In this document: positions 1-11,375 of the stretch, piece by piece
Numbering within the stretch: the first letter of the stretch is position 1
Layout of the letters: each line of letters starts with the position of its first letter
Source: Gracilinanus agilis
Lineage: Eukaryota
Assembly: GCF_016433145.1 (NCBI RefSeq)
Contig: NC_058133.1
Coordinates: forward strand, 372,743,166 to 372,807,165
Length of the DNA: 64,000 bases
Direction of reading: 5' to 3'
Program-made: the position numbers and the translations under genes
The notes under the pieces: generated by a model
The model's database searches: none
Told to the model about the DNA's origin: nothing
The model's input: the letters and a program-made list of their open reading frames with translations, nothing else

Positions 1-112
1 TTTCTGATTCTGTTATCCACTTTGCATCACTTCATATAAGTTTTTCCAGGTTTTTTCTTATGTGGTCATCTTGTTTGTCATTTCTTTTCATGCAAGAGTA
101 TTCCATTATAAT
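1..112 (-). mobile_element. L1 3' UTR fragment (marsupial L1)
   Basis: 'cactttgcatcacttcatataagtttttccagg...tcatttcttt..caagagtattccattata' resembles the reverse complement of the marsupial L1 3' UTR. Confidence 0.6.
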
Positions 113-523
113 CAGTCTGAGATCATAATTGCTACTCCAGCTTTTTAAAACTTGGCTGAAGCTTAGTACATTGACTTTCAAAGCACTATTATATCATTTT
201 GTTAGTCCCTCACAATAACTCCGTGAGCTTGGTAAGGCAAATGTCTGTGGTTAGTTTTTGAGAAATTCTCAAAATACTTCTATGATTTTGCAGTTGAGAA
301 TTCTTTGGATCAGTCAAGATATCATGACCTCACTTCTCCACCTAAATATGAAACTGTACCCCACTCTGCCATGTACTTGCCCCCTCCAAAAGTCAGCCTT
401 TTGCCTTATCTTATTGGACATTTGGATTTCATACATGGTTTCTTCTGGGCAGTGTCTTCCCATTCTTTTTCTAAATATCTAAAGTGGTTTCTTCTGCTCT
501 ACATAGTTTTTAGTATCATTTGG

Positions 524-1271
524 TGTTGCAAAGATTAATCATTTATTAATTATTTAATTAGATTAATAACAGAATAGGATCTGATTAGAAGAAAGGTTAC
601 CAGCTTGGGGAAAGAGTTTATAGTTTACCTTAAGAGAGAGAAGAATGTTCAGGGGGTTCCTTAAGAAGAATTTCCAGAAACCCCTAGGAAAGGACCAATG
701 GAAAACAGATCACTATCTAGAGCTTCCTCATTGGGAGTAGGTGTCTAGGGAATTGGCTCTTATCAGCCTTGAAAAAATTTGGTGGTAGATAGCTTTGGAA
801 AACATCTTTATATCTAAGAAGATTGTGAGAGTAATTCAACTGAATAGAGTGGTTGAGGCTATTCCCTGGAACACCACAGGGGGCAGCAGAGAGCAGCATC
901 TGTGAAACCTGTCAGGAGTTGAATCTCTGAGGCTGGAGAGACAGACTATTACCTTCAACCTGTCAATACCTAATATATAAGTAAAGAAGTTTAAGAAGAT
1001 TTATAAGTAGATTGGCTTAGTAAGTTAGATACTCTATTAGTAAAAGAGTCAAGTTAGGCTTGATTTTTATCAGGCACGAAGAAGTCCCGTGAGGGACAGA
1101 GGGGTTTGGGGGTTCAGTTAGAAATGTTAGTTTTAGGGTAATATATCTCCTAATCGATTTCTGTTTCCATATCCTTTTCCTGATACTTCTCATAGTTATT
1201 AATAAATAGGTTTGGTAGTAATCTGTCTCCAGCCAGTTTCATCTACTGCCAGAACCAGCTAGGCCCTAACA
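524..1271 (+). mobile_element. Solo LTR (ERV-like)
   Basis: Begins TGTTG, ends ...CCCTAACA, with AATAAA at 1201-1206 about 65 bp before the end and LTR-like internal composition. No matching TSD found. Confidence 0.55.
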
Positions 1272-1371
1272 ACTTTAACAGAATCTATACTCCCTAATCA
1301 ATACCAACTGACAATCAACTGCCCCAAATCAAAATCAAGATCAAATATGATCATAACAGTGTGTTGTCTTT

Positions 1372-1475
1372 TCCTATTAGAATGTAAATTCCTTCAGATC
1401 AGATCGTCTTGTTTTTAGAGTTTGTATTCTTAGAACTTAGCTCCAGTTCCTAGAATGTAGTAACTAACAAATACT
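1372..1475 (+). mobile_element. L2 3' end fragment
   Basis: 'ctattagaatgtaaattcctt...tttgtattcttagaacttagc...tagtaac' matches the typical L2 tail. Confidence 0.6.
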
Positions 1476-2519
1476 CCAGCTATGTCTCTCTCTCTCTCTC
1501 TCTGTAATATCTCCTCAAAAAGCTGCAGAGAATTATAGAAAGAACACCATATGGGCAGACACTATTTAATTTTTTTGTTGTCATTGTTGTACCCCTTTGT
1601 TGTGGCATCTTGCACATAGAAGGTGCTTAATAAATGCATAGTTGATGCTGAATCTAGAATCAGAGAACTAGGTTTTAAACGCTGGATTGTCTATCATTTA
1701 CTCATTTTGTAACCTTTGTTAGATCATTCAACTCTTCAGGGCTTTTTAAAAATTTATAAATTAGTATACTAACTCTGCCATCATATTGTTGTGAGAATCT
1801 AGTAAGACAATGACTATCAAGTGTCACATTTCACAGGACAGTGAGCTAAATCTCCCCAAACTTCTGGATCTGCACTGGAAGAACTTCCAGGAAGGTACCA
1901 GCTATTAGCCTTAGATCAGGTAAAGCAGTTAGAAAAGTGATAGATAAATGTAAGTTGTCACACTGATGTTTTCTTAAAAGAAAAACTTTCCTGTGTCAGT
2001 GACCAAAAGCTATGGAAAACTCTCTGGAGTTTTCTTCATTTCAACATTTTTGATATTATATATAAGAGCAGCCAGGTTCTAAGATGTTGATAATGATGCC
2101 CAGAGTACTTCTTTCACAAGATCTAATGATATAAAGCAGATACAGAGCTTTGCAAACTTTAAAGTGCTTCATGAAATGCCTGCTGGCATCATCATCCTCA
2201 TAGCTATGTTGATGGGCAATCCCAGGAAGACAGGCACAAAGTCAGAAGCACAGTAGGAATTCTCTATCTGGTCATGCTTCTCAGGTGTTAACAATATTTC
2301 AAAATCACTGCTTTCTAAACATGAGTTATAAAAGATGAGAGGACTGCAGAGTGCTCTGTATAAGATCAATGGAATGGTTTCCCTTACATATTGATTACTA
2401 GAGAAGTCTAAGTCAATTTTCATCATCAGCAAAATCTAGAGCCTAAGGATTATTGGGCCAACAGACTCCTCACTATGCAGTTTAGTTTCTGCAGACAGAA
2501 TGTTACCAGTTTGGGATTA

Positions 2520-2776
2520 GATGTTCAGTCATTTCAGTCATGTCTAATTCTTTATGACCCTATTGGAGCTCTTCTTGGCAAAGATTCAGGAGTAATTTGC
2601 CATTTCTTTCTCTAGCTTATTTTAAATGAAGAAACTGAGGCAAATAGGGTTAAGTGACTAGCCCAGAGTCACACAGGTAGTAATTATCTCTAAGTAAGGA
2701 TGGATTTGAACTCATGAAGATGAATTTTTCTGATTCAAAGTCTGGTGTTCTATACATAGCATCAACTAGATGCCCC
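2520..2776 (-). mobile_element. Mar1-type CORE SINE
   Basis: 'gttcagtcatttcagtcatgtc...cttggcaaagat...ttgccatttc' tail, CORE segment 'gaaactgaggcaaatagggttaagtgact', and a tRNA-derived head ending 'ctagatgcccc'. Confidence 0.85.
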
Positions 2777-4264
2777 TAGGTTGAGATTAACCAAAAGCGA
2801 TTTATCATCAGACACTTTATGCATTTGTGGGGCCTGATGAAGTCTTCAAGAAACATGGATAAAAACCTGGTACTTGTTACAAGGAGAGGCACAAAGAAAC
2901 AGGGTTTCTCCAGGCATCCATCAAATAGTCTCTACTTTGTTATACTTTATAGATAAAGGAATCACTCAACAGGAACTTCAGAGGTACCCTTTTTAAACTT
3001 CAAACAATTTCTTTCCATCTCTTGATCTAGATTAGATCTAAATATGTATGATCTATATCTGTAGGTAGATCTAGATATAGCTATGGATATAGCTAATTAT
3101 ATTTATATACACATATGGAGAAAAGAGAGAAAGACGGAGATGCTCACAGCATATTCACATAGAGGTTAAAGTGCTAGTCTCAGGAATAGGAATGGCTTCA
3201 TATCTCTCCTCTGACATAGCTGTGAGACTATGGGCAAATCATTTAACTTGAGTCTTGATTTCTGCCTCTGTGAAAAGAGGGAGCTTGATGATGACTTCTA
3301 AGATTTCTTCTAGCTCTATATCTTTGATTCAGTGATTTTATATTTTATATATGAGTCTGTAAATGTGTCTCTGCTGCCTATAAAAATTGAACCAGGACTT
3401 CTTTGGCTGTCTTTCAAGATGGAGTGAAAGGGTAGTCTTTAGAAGGGTTTCTCCCTCTATTCCACTCCCTTTTGCTCCTTCTCCCTCCCCAGAAGTGTCA
3501 TAGAATTATCAGATCACTTAATCTTTTATGCAAATTAATTAAGGTGCCTATAAGGTAATGGCCATTCATTTTTAAATCAAGTAAATCAATATTCATTTAA
3601 GGAGGGCATAATGGAAGACAGGCAAGCAGAAAATTTGCACATTTTGCATACATAGCTCATGTGCATTATAGTTAAAGCTATACAGGTCACTCCTGAGATA
3701 AAGATGTAGGGCTCTGAAATTAAGCAAACCAAGCAAAACTTCTGAAAAGTCTTGGCTTGGGAGAATGCTCATTCTCTCTCTCTCTCATTTTAATAAGTTA
3801 GTTTGGGAAAAACCTGTGGCTTGGATATAACAATGAAGCAGGACCCATATTTTCTCCCTTCCTGCTTTCCTTATAAAAGCTTTACTTAATGATAATACTA
3901 TAGGTAAGTGATTCATTCTCTTGACCTTTGGAGCCAATGATCAATGAAGAACTTAAATCCTGGACTCATCTTTTGAGTTGTTTGAGATATAAAACCATTT
4001 CTTCACAGGGAAAATGAATCAGTTCTTAAGGTTCAAAACATTTATTTATTTGTTTGTTTGTTTGTTTTTGGTAAAAGTGGTGGTATAGAATGGTCACTTC
4101 AGTTTCCCATTCCTATTTTTATTCCACGTATTTTAACTATATGTGAAATTAATTATTAAATTAATGTTGTGACTGTTTAAAATATGCCAAATTACATTGT
4201 CCTAAGTTGTTCCAGCGTCTACGATGTTGCTTTACATACGGTAACTGCTTGTTGAATTGACTGA

Positions 4265-4510
4265 TGATAATAATAATAGCTAATTTATATAGTGCTTACC
4301 ATGTGCCAGGTGCTGTGCTAGGCACTTTATAATATTTCATTTGATCCTACAACAACCCTGGGAGACAGGTAACACTATTATTCTATTTTACAGATGAGGA
4401 AATTAATGCAAACAAAGGTTTTAGTGACTTGCCCAGGGTCATAGAATTAGTAAATGTCAGAGTCCAGATTTGAACTTAGTGTCTTGCTGACTACAGCCCA
4501 GGTGCTCTTT
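4265..4510 (-). mobile_element. MIR/Ther1 SINE
   Basis: 'ataatagctaatttatatagtgctta...acagatgaggaaatt...gtgacttgcccagggtca...gatttgaact' matches the MIR core. Confidence 0.85.
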
Positions 4511-5227
4511 GGACAAACTGCTTAAGAGGACAAAACTGTGAAATCTCATAGAGTTAGAGGACTGGTTCAAATATTGACTGATATTTATTATTTGCTTATA
4601 ATTGGGCAGGTCGTTTAATTTTCTTTGGCCATAGTGGGTTTTTCTCCTTATCTGTAAAATGAAGGAGCAGACTAGACAGCTTCTTCAGGTCCAATCTAGG
4701 TCTGTTATTCTGCAATATAGTCCAACCTGGAACTGGATAAAGATCCCTTTTATAGGAGCCCCAAGAAGACCCATACTGTCTTTGATGATTTCAAATATGG
4801 GGGAACCAACTACATCCTTGCAAAACCCATTATTCTGGGTGATAGCTCTGTTAAGAGGCTCTTCCTGACATCTGAGGGCAATATACTTCTTTGCAAACAA
4901 AGAAAGAGTGAGAAATGTTCTTGTTTCTCCTGACTTTCCTACTCCATCTTAATGATATTGTTATCTATGCATTTAAGAGATAAGAAAATCTATATTCTCT
5001 GTGACTTTAATCCTGCTTCATCAGGAAGTGCTGGTTCATCATAACCAGGTTTTGCAGCCTGTATGTTATTCCACCCGGCCAAAAGAGCTACTTCTAGTCC
5101 CAACATCTACTTGCTGGCTATTAAGTTCACAAGGAAGCAATATAAAGTTGCCCTCAACCATTAGCTAGGGAGAAAAAGTCTTGTGTTTTACATCAGTGAA
5201 TTTGGGAAGGGCAATCTATCTGGTTAT

Positions 5228-5232
<5 letters not shown>

Positions 5233-5284
<52 letters not shown>
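5233..5284. repeat. (TG)26 microsatellite
   Basis: Perfect TG run read directly from the sequence. Confidence 0.98.
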
Positions 5285-5289
<5 letters not shown>

Positions 5290-6019
5290 ATTATGCAATT
5301 GCTCTGTGTCTTTTCATGTTGTGATCAAGAATTTTAAAACTTATTTGAATTTATTGCTACTGCTGAGCCCTGCTCGGGCTTTATATCAAGCAAGGTAAAC
5401 AGGGTGAACTCACACATGTGGACTTTGTGTTTGACAACTTGCTCAGACTGCTCTCCAGTCATTCAGTATGAAAATGCCAATTAGTAACATGGTAAAGGAC
5501 CTAGCTGTCTCCCAACTAGGAACTTCCCACTAATCAATGCTGCTCTAGGGGCTAATGTCCAGGGGATGCTGCCTGCACACTGCACACCCTGCGGACTGCC
5601 CTCCACCACACGTTCTGCTGCCACCTTTGGGAGGCTCAAGCGCAGTAATTTGCAATTAGTTTCTGAACATGCTAGGTGAAGAGGTTGGCCCTCCAGGGCT
5701 CTTTCTCCTAGACAGCTAAAAGTTATTCAGTGAATTAGTCCAAAGCATTGATTTTCTTTTATTCTTTTTCTCTCTTTCTTTCTTTTTTTTCCCCTCAAGG
5801 AGGTATCTGGCACAAAAGCAAATGTCCTTCATTTCACCTGCACAGGGGAATGTGTTAACATCTCATATGAAAGTATTAATATACAAAAAACAGGCATTAC
5901 TACTGCCCAAAGAATGGAGGATTAGATGAGCTGAGGCACATTTTTGTTAGAGTTTTGGTTTTGATTGACCAGAAAGAATAATTAGAGGGTCTAGTAGTAT
6001 TTACTTATTCCAAAATTTC

Positions 6020-6021
<2 letters not shown>

Positions 6022-6065
<44 letters not shown>
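6022..6065. repeat. (GT)22 microsatellite
   Basis: Perfect GT run read directly from the sequence. Confidence 0.98.
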
Positions 6066-6067
<2 letters not shown>

Positions 6068-6271
6068 AATTTGTACTCAGAACTGACCAAGGCATGATCA
6101 TTTCTGTTTATTCTGAAAGGACTAAAAGTGCCTAGAAGAATCCCAGGGGAAACTCAAGGAATATTTCTCTTTTGGCTATATTCAAGAATAAAATGATTTC
6201 AGTTCAGATATCTGCTTAGAGTTAAAGGGATGATCGAGAAGAAATGGGTTAAAAATCACTTTTAGATAAGA

Positions 6272-6490
6272 TGGGGCAGCACGATGAACTGGCTTCTCTT
6301 AGGTTAGAGAGCTGACTTCAGGATCAGGAAGACCTGACTGCAAATCTGATCTCTGACAAATTTTGTGTCTGTCCCAGTAAAACTCTGAAACATCATTTAA
6401 CCTCTTTATGCCCTAAGTAGGAGAAAGCTATAGAGCAGGGGACTGATCTGTACTCACATAAAGGGGTTTCTTTACTGGGGGAGTCAGGGA
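6272..6490 (+). mobile_element. MdoRep1-like CORE SINE
   Basis: tRNA-like head 'ggggcagc...caggaagacctg' followed by a family-type tail 'agctatagagcagggg..ctgatctg...ggggtttctttactggg'. Confidence 0.55.
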
Positions 6491-6609
6491 TTTGACTAAT
6501 ATTGATCAAGCACCAACTATGTTATAGACATGCTGCTATGTGCTGGGGTTACAAAGAAAGGGGGAAAAGGCCTTGCTTTTAAGGATATCATGATATAATA
6601 TATTGGGAA

Positions 6610-6860
6610 TGATAATAGCTAGGAAATCAAGTGTTTTGGGGTATATGAAACACTACAGAAGTTATTTCATTTGGCTTGCCCAATAGTCTTTGGAAATGGA
6701 TGCTATTATTCCCATTTTACAGATGATAAAATTGAAACAGAAATAAATTAAATAACTTGAAAAAGGTCACACAGCTAGTAGTAGGTGTCCGAGGTGTGAT
6801 TTTGAACTCAGGTTTTCCTGCCCCCTCACCCCCCAGTCTAGCACTCTTACCCATGGAGCC
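6610..6860 (-). mobile_element. MIR SINE
   Basis: 'ctattattcccattttacagatgataaaattgaa...aaggtcacacagctagtaagt...tttgaactcaggt'. Confidence 0.8.
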
Positions 6861-9706
6861 ATGTAGAACAAAGAAATCACCTGCTCAATCCAAAAGAAGC
6901 AGCCAAAGCAATATACCTTTTTGTGCTCTACCAAATTTTTATCAGCCTACTGTTTCGAATACATTTGGATTAAAGAGCTAGGAAAAAACCCACCCCAAAC
7001 TTAAAGACTATTTTCTCCAACATATTCATTTTGTAGATAAGGAAGACAAGGAACAGAGGCCATATGAAGGGTATAGCTTGTATCTCATTCTTCAAGTTAT
7101 TGAAATCCTATTTGCCAGAGATCATGCAGAGAGTTAAGGAGCAGAGACAGGTTTTGAACCTATATCCTCTTATTCCAAATTCAGTACTCCATTTATATCT
7201 CAAGTATAAAACAGTTATCTTGGAGTGTGAGTTAGAGAATTTGTGAACTTAGTGGTAATAGAAGTGAACTGAAGAAACAGTGTTAATATTACAATTTAAG
7301 CCACAAATTTAAAGCTAAAAAGAACCTTAGAGATATGTATCCTAAGACCATGTGTTAGGGAAGCTGAGACCCAGAGAAATTTATTTCTATATTAATTTAT
7401 TAAATTAAATTGCCCCAAATCACATAGGTACTAAATGGAAGAACTAGCATTCCACCTCAAGCCTTCCAATCCTAAGGATCTTTCCCCTAAAACTTCCTGT
7501 CTTCCTTAACTTTTAGCAACTTTAAATTTGCTTCTGTCTGATTACTTTGTAGTCAGACCTAATTTCTTTTATATTTTCGTTTTTATGGCTCGGATAAAAG
7601 GCCTTGAAGGGCACAGATGTAGTTTATGCTAGAGCAAATCTCTCTTATTAATGGGGTATTTTCCTTGATCTTTTTTTTCATATGGAAACCTCTTTTTCTA
7701 GAGGGAAATCCATGTCAGGCTTTAGAAGAACAAGTGAGTTTATGACTCTCATCAAGGACACTGTCAGATGCATTCTGCTACCTCTGCTGTCGGCCAGGTC
7801 CCAGAAAGATTGTCACAAGGGGAAATGAATTAAGAGTTTTCAACTGGTCCATAGGGAGGGAGCAATCTCATTTAATGTGCTACATGGTATCATAATTCAG
7901 TGAGAACAGTACCTATATGACTGTAATCTGGCATTAATGCTAGCATTAAAATCTTTATGCTTCCCTCACACACCTTCAGAAGAATTGCATTTTATTAAGG
8001 GATTTTGACTGGGGAATCAATATGTCTCTGGAGGTGAGAATGGGATATAGAAATTCTTGTCCTAGATCTGTCTTCATGAATTGACAGTGTCTTTTAGTTC
8101 TTACCATTCATTGACTCAAGTGGTGCCAGTAGCATCTTGGAAACTATGGACTAATCCTTATATATTAAATGAGGGAATTGGATTTGATGGCTTCTAATAT
8201 TCCTTTTAGCCCTAAATCTACTGTCACATGATCCCATGACTTTAATGTACAACAGGTTCAACAGCTAAAAGCAGTACTTATATTTCCTTCTCCTTAGGCA
8301 TATTATTGTTTAGCCTTATAAATAAAACAAAGAACGAACCAGCCTTTGCCTCCCACCTATTCCCAAATTCCTTTAAAACAATTTTAAAAATGGCAATTTC
8401 CTTACTGTAGTCCTGGAAGTCATTCTGGTCTATAAAATTTGTTTAATTCTTTTTTTTTTTCACCTTTGTAACTTTATACATGGGTAGGACTAGATATCTA
8501 ATTTAATTTCATTCATCGTTGATGAGGAAATTCCCTTTTAATGCCAATAGTTACCTGCTCAGGAATTAATAATGATATTGAGTTGCCTGGGAATATTTCA
8601 AGATTAAATGACTTGCCCAGGACCACATGACCAGCATGTATCAGAGACTGGATTTAAACCTAGGTCATCTTGACTTCAAGTCTGGTTCTCTAATTACTAT
8701 TTTATACTTTCTACTTGCCCAAACAAAATAGATCAGTGCTAATTTCCAAAGTTGGACAACAAAACTGTGTTAGTAGTGGGAAAAGTTTTCCTTTTTTTCT
8801 TTGTAAGGACTCTATTGATTGTTTGAATGGACAGGAATTTTGCAAGGAAAACGTTTTCAAGGGGAAAAAATGGTCTAGCCATCAGCCACTGTTCAGGGCA
8901 TAAGGCATTTCCCTCCCTATGCTACTCAAGGAAAATAGCACATTTGTAACAATTAATGTCTATGTAATGTCAGTCTTAATGTGCACTTTTTGGATGTAAT
9001 AGAATTTGGAAAGTATCTCAACCAAAACCTCCACAGTATTAACAAAAGACATTATCTGAAGGCAGTCATAGAAAGAGTAATATTTCCTCACCACAAAAGG
9101 AGGACGATTCACAGGGGCTCTCAGAGCATGTAATGAATAGATAAAAAACAAATATAGAAATACTTTTGGAGGAAGCCAATATCACTTTGCTGACCAAAAA
9201 AATAGGTAGATGTCAATGAATTTGTTGAATAGAATCCAAAGTGATTTACCCTTCTGAACACTCTATGAAGCTTATTTAACAGATACATTCCAAGTGAAAA
9301 AATCAAAAGGCCTTCCATGGATAATATTCACATGACCTCAGCTAACAACATGCCAACAAAAATGATTCAGAAATTCATATTTGTTTTTTCTAACACTGAA
9401 ATTTATGATGACAGTCTAGAACCAGGTCATGACCACTAGAAATTCTTGGAAACCCAGACTTAGTGATTGATGTAGATTATGATGTAGAAAGAGTAGAATT
9501 TACGGGACATTAATATAGGCTACAAAATTGTAATACCTTCCAAATACCTAGTAATTACATGAATGAATTTTTAGAATTTTACATTAAAAGTTTATTTCTT
9601 TCATGAGCTAACAAATGACAAATCCCCATATGTAGATCTCAAAATAACCTTATGAACTCAACCAACAAATTGAACTGGATCATTATAATTGTCAGGACTA
9701 TTGTCC

Positions 9707-9990
9707 TGTTATGATTAAAAATGATGAGGGCCGAGATCAAAAGGAAGAATAGTATTTTAATAAAAGCCATGCTGATAGAGATAAACTGACCACGCACCTG
9801 TAAGAAAAACCTATTCCAACCTCACCTCAGCCATTTACCTTCCTCTCTCCTCGAGCTCAGGTAACTAAAGAGGAAGTTCCAAGTCACTACCCCCACTTAA
9901 AACAGTCCCTCACCTTTAATACGTCATCCAAAACAGGAAACCCATGAAACCCGTTGGACCACGGGAAATGTAGTTTTAAGGACCCCCACA
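9707..9990 (-). mobile_element. Solo LTR (ERV-like), 284 bp
   Basis: TG...CA termini (tgttatg...ccccaca), flanking 5-bp TSD tgtcc/ggtcc (one mismatch), and ATTAAA on the minus strand near 9757. The minus-strand start 'tgtgggggtccttaaaactacatttccc' is typical of opossum LTRs as I recall them. Confidence 0.75.
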
Positions 9991-11074
9991 GGTCCACAGA
10001 AGTTTGTCAAAAACTATATTGAGGTTCAATCCTTCCAAATAGAACCCCAGGTGATTTTAACTAACACAGTCCACAAATATTTGGAATTAATATGGAACCA
10101 TATTCATTTTCAAACATTTTTTAAATAGGTACCTCCATTCAATCTCCAAGTTACATGGAATAAAAAACTTTTACCTAGCCAAAGAAATTAAAATTATGTG
10201 CAAATAGGATGAAGTCCTTCTTTATCACTATGTCTCTAATGGAGTTAATCCAAGTCATTTACAAATGAGCCTATTATTGTTATTCAACCAAAATTAGGTA
10301 TTTTATGCATATTTATAATAGTCTACAGAATATAAAATATTAAGGAATAATGCACAATAGAAACATGTCCCACTAGGGCTATTTCTATCTTAACTCCATT
10401 TAACAAGCTACCTACATCTTCTGGTGACAACACTGGGTGAACTTTTTGTCCTAAAGTAAAAGACCTTTACTGGTCCATTCTCCCTGCTCGACTGTTACAC
10501 GTTGTCTACTGCTGCAGCTCTCTACTACTATCTCCTAGTTTTCTGCTCTTATGAATCCTGGGCCAAGGACAGAAGGTATTGGTTATCTTCTTTACCTTGG
10601 TGGTCCCAGAGGCCATAAATATGATCAATAAGGTTAATTGGTTTGTGATGAAAACCTCCCAACCAGTTACATTCAGTAAGCTAGTAGAAGAACAATTTTA
10701 AGTTGTTTTGAACTTTTTTAGCCTAACTTATTTGAAGTTAGAACATTCCTTTTAATTCTTATCTTTTCTTCCTATATTTGATTCCATTTGGTATAGGCAT
10801 AGCATTTTTTTGAAGTTCCATTTAGTAAAACTGAAAAGAATATGGCTGAAACTATGGTAAGATAACTTTCCTCATTTTCCTGCTTTCTTTGTCCCTTTCA
10901 CATTATTCACATTATTTAATGTCACATGTAAATCATAAGAACTAGTTAGAAGGGAGCAAACTGAAAAGGCAACCTGTAGAATCTATGTGGCAGTTCAAAG
11001 CTCTCTGCTTCCTAAGCAAACACCAGGTATTAAGTGTGTAAGGAAAGAAATGGATAGATTAAAGAAAATTGGTG

Positions 11075-11375
11075 AGGACATGATAAGTGTCTTTAAGCAT
11101 TTGAAGGGCTATATAGAAAAGCAATTAGATTTACTTAGCTTTAAGAACTAAGAGTTGTGAGAAATTTAGATCTGGTGGAAGGAAAACATTTCCCAAGAAG
11201 TGGAGCTATCCAAAGAGAAATGGTGCTAGTGGAGGAGGTGGTGGATTTTGCCTGATTGAAATTCTTCTAGCATAGGCTGATTGGCTGTTGGAATGTTGAT
11301 GCTATAGACAAGAGTGTCAGGCAGGTTGGGCTAGATTACTTCTGAGATTCTTTGTAATTTTTAGTTTCTGTGATT
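11075..11375 (+). mobile_element. L3/CR1 3' end
   Basis: 'gtctttaagcatttgaagggct...ggagctatccaaaga..aatgg...gggctagat..cttctgagattc...tctgtgatt' matches the L3 3' region. Confidence 0.7.

Noticed and set aside
9000-9400. Possible RTE ORF2 relic ('ITLLTKK...KL')
   Set aside because: The similarity is too faint to support without a profile search.
9990-10440. Possible NUMT or ERV primer-binding site (tggtgacaacactggg near 10425)
   Set aside because: Only short motif resemblances; no extended mitochondrial or tRNA 3'-end match.
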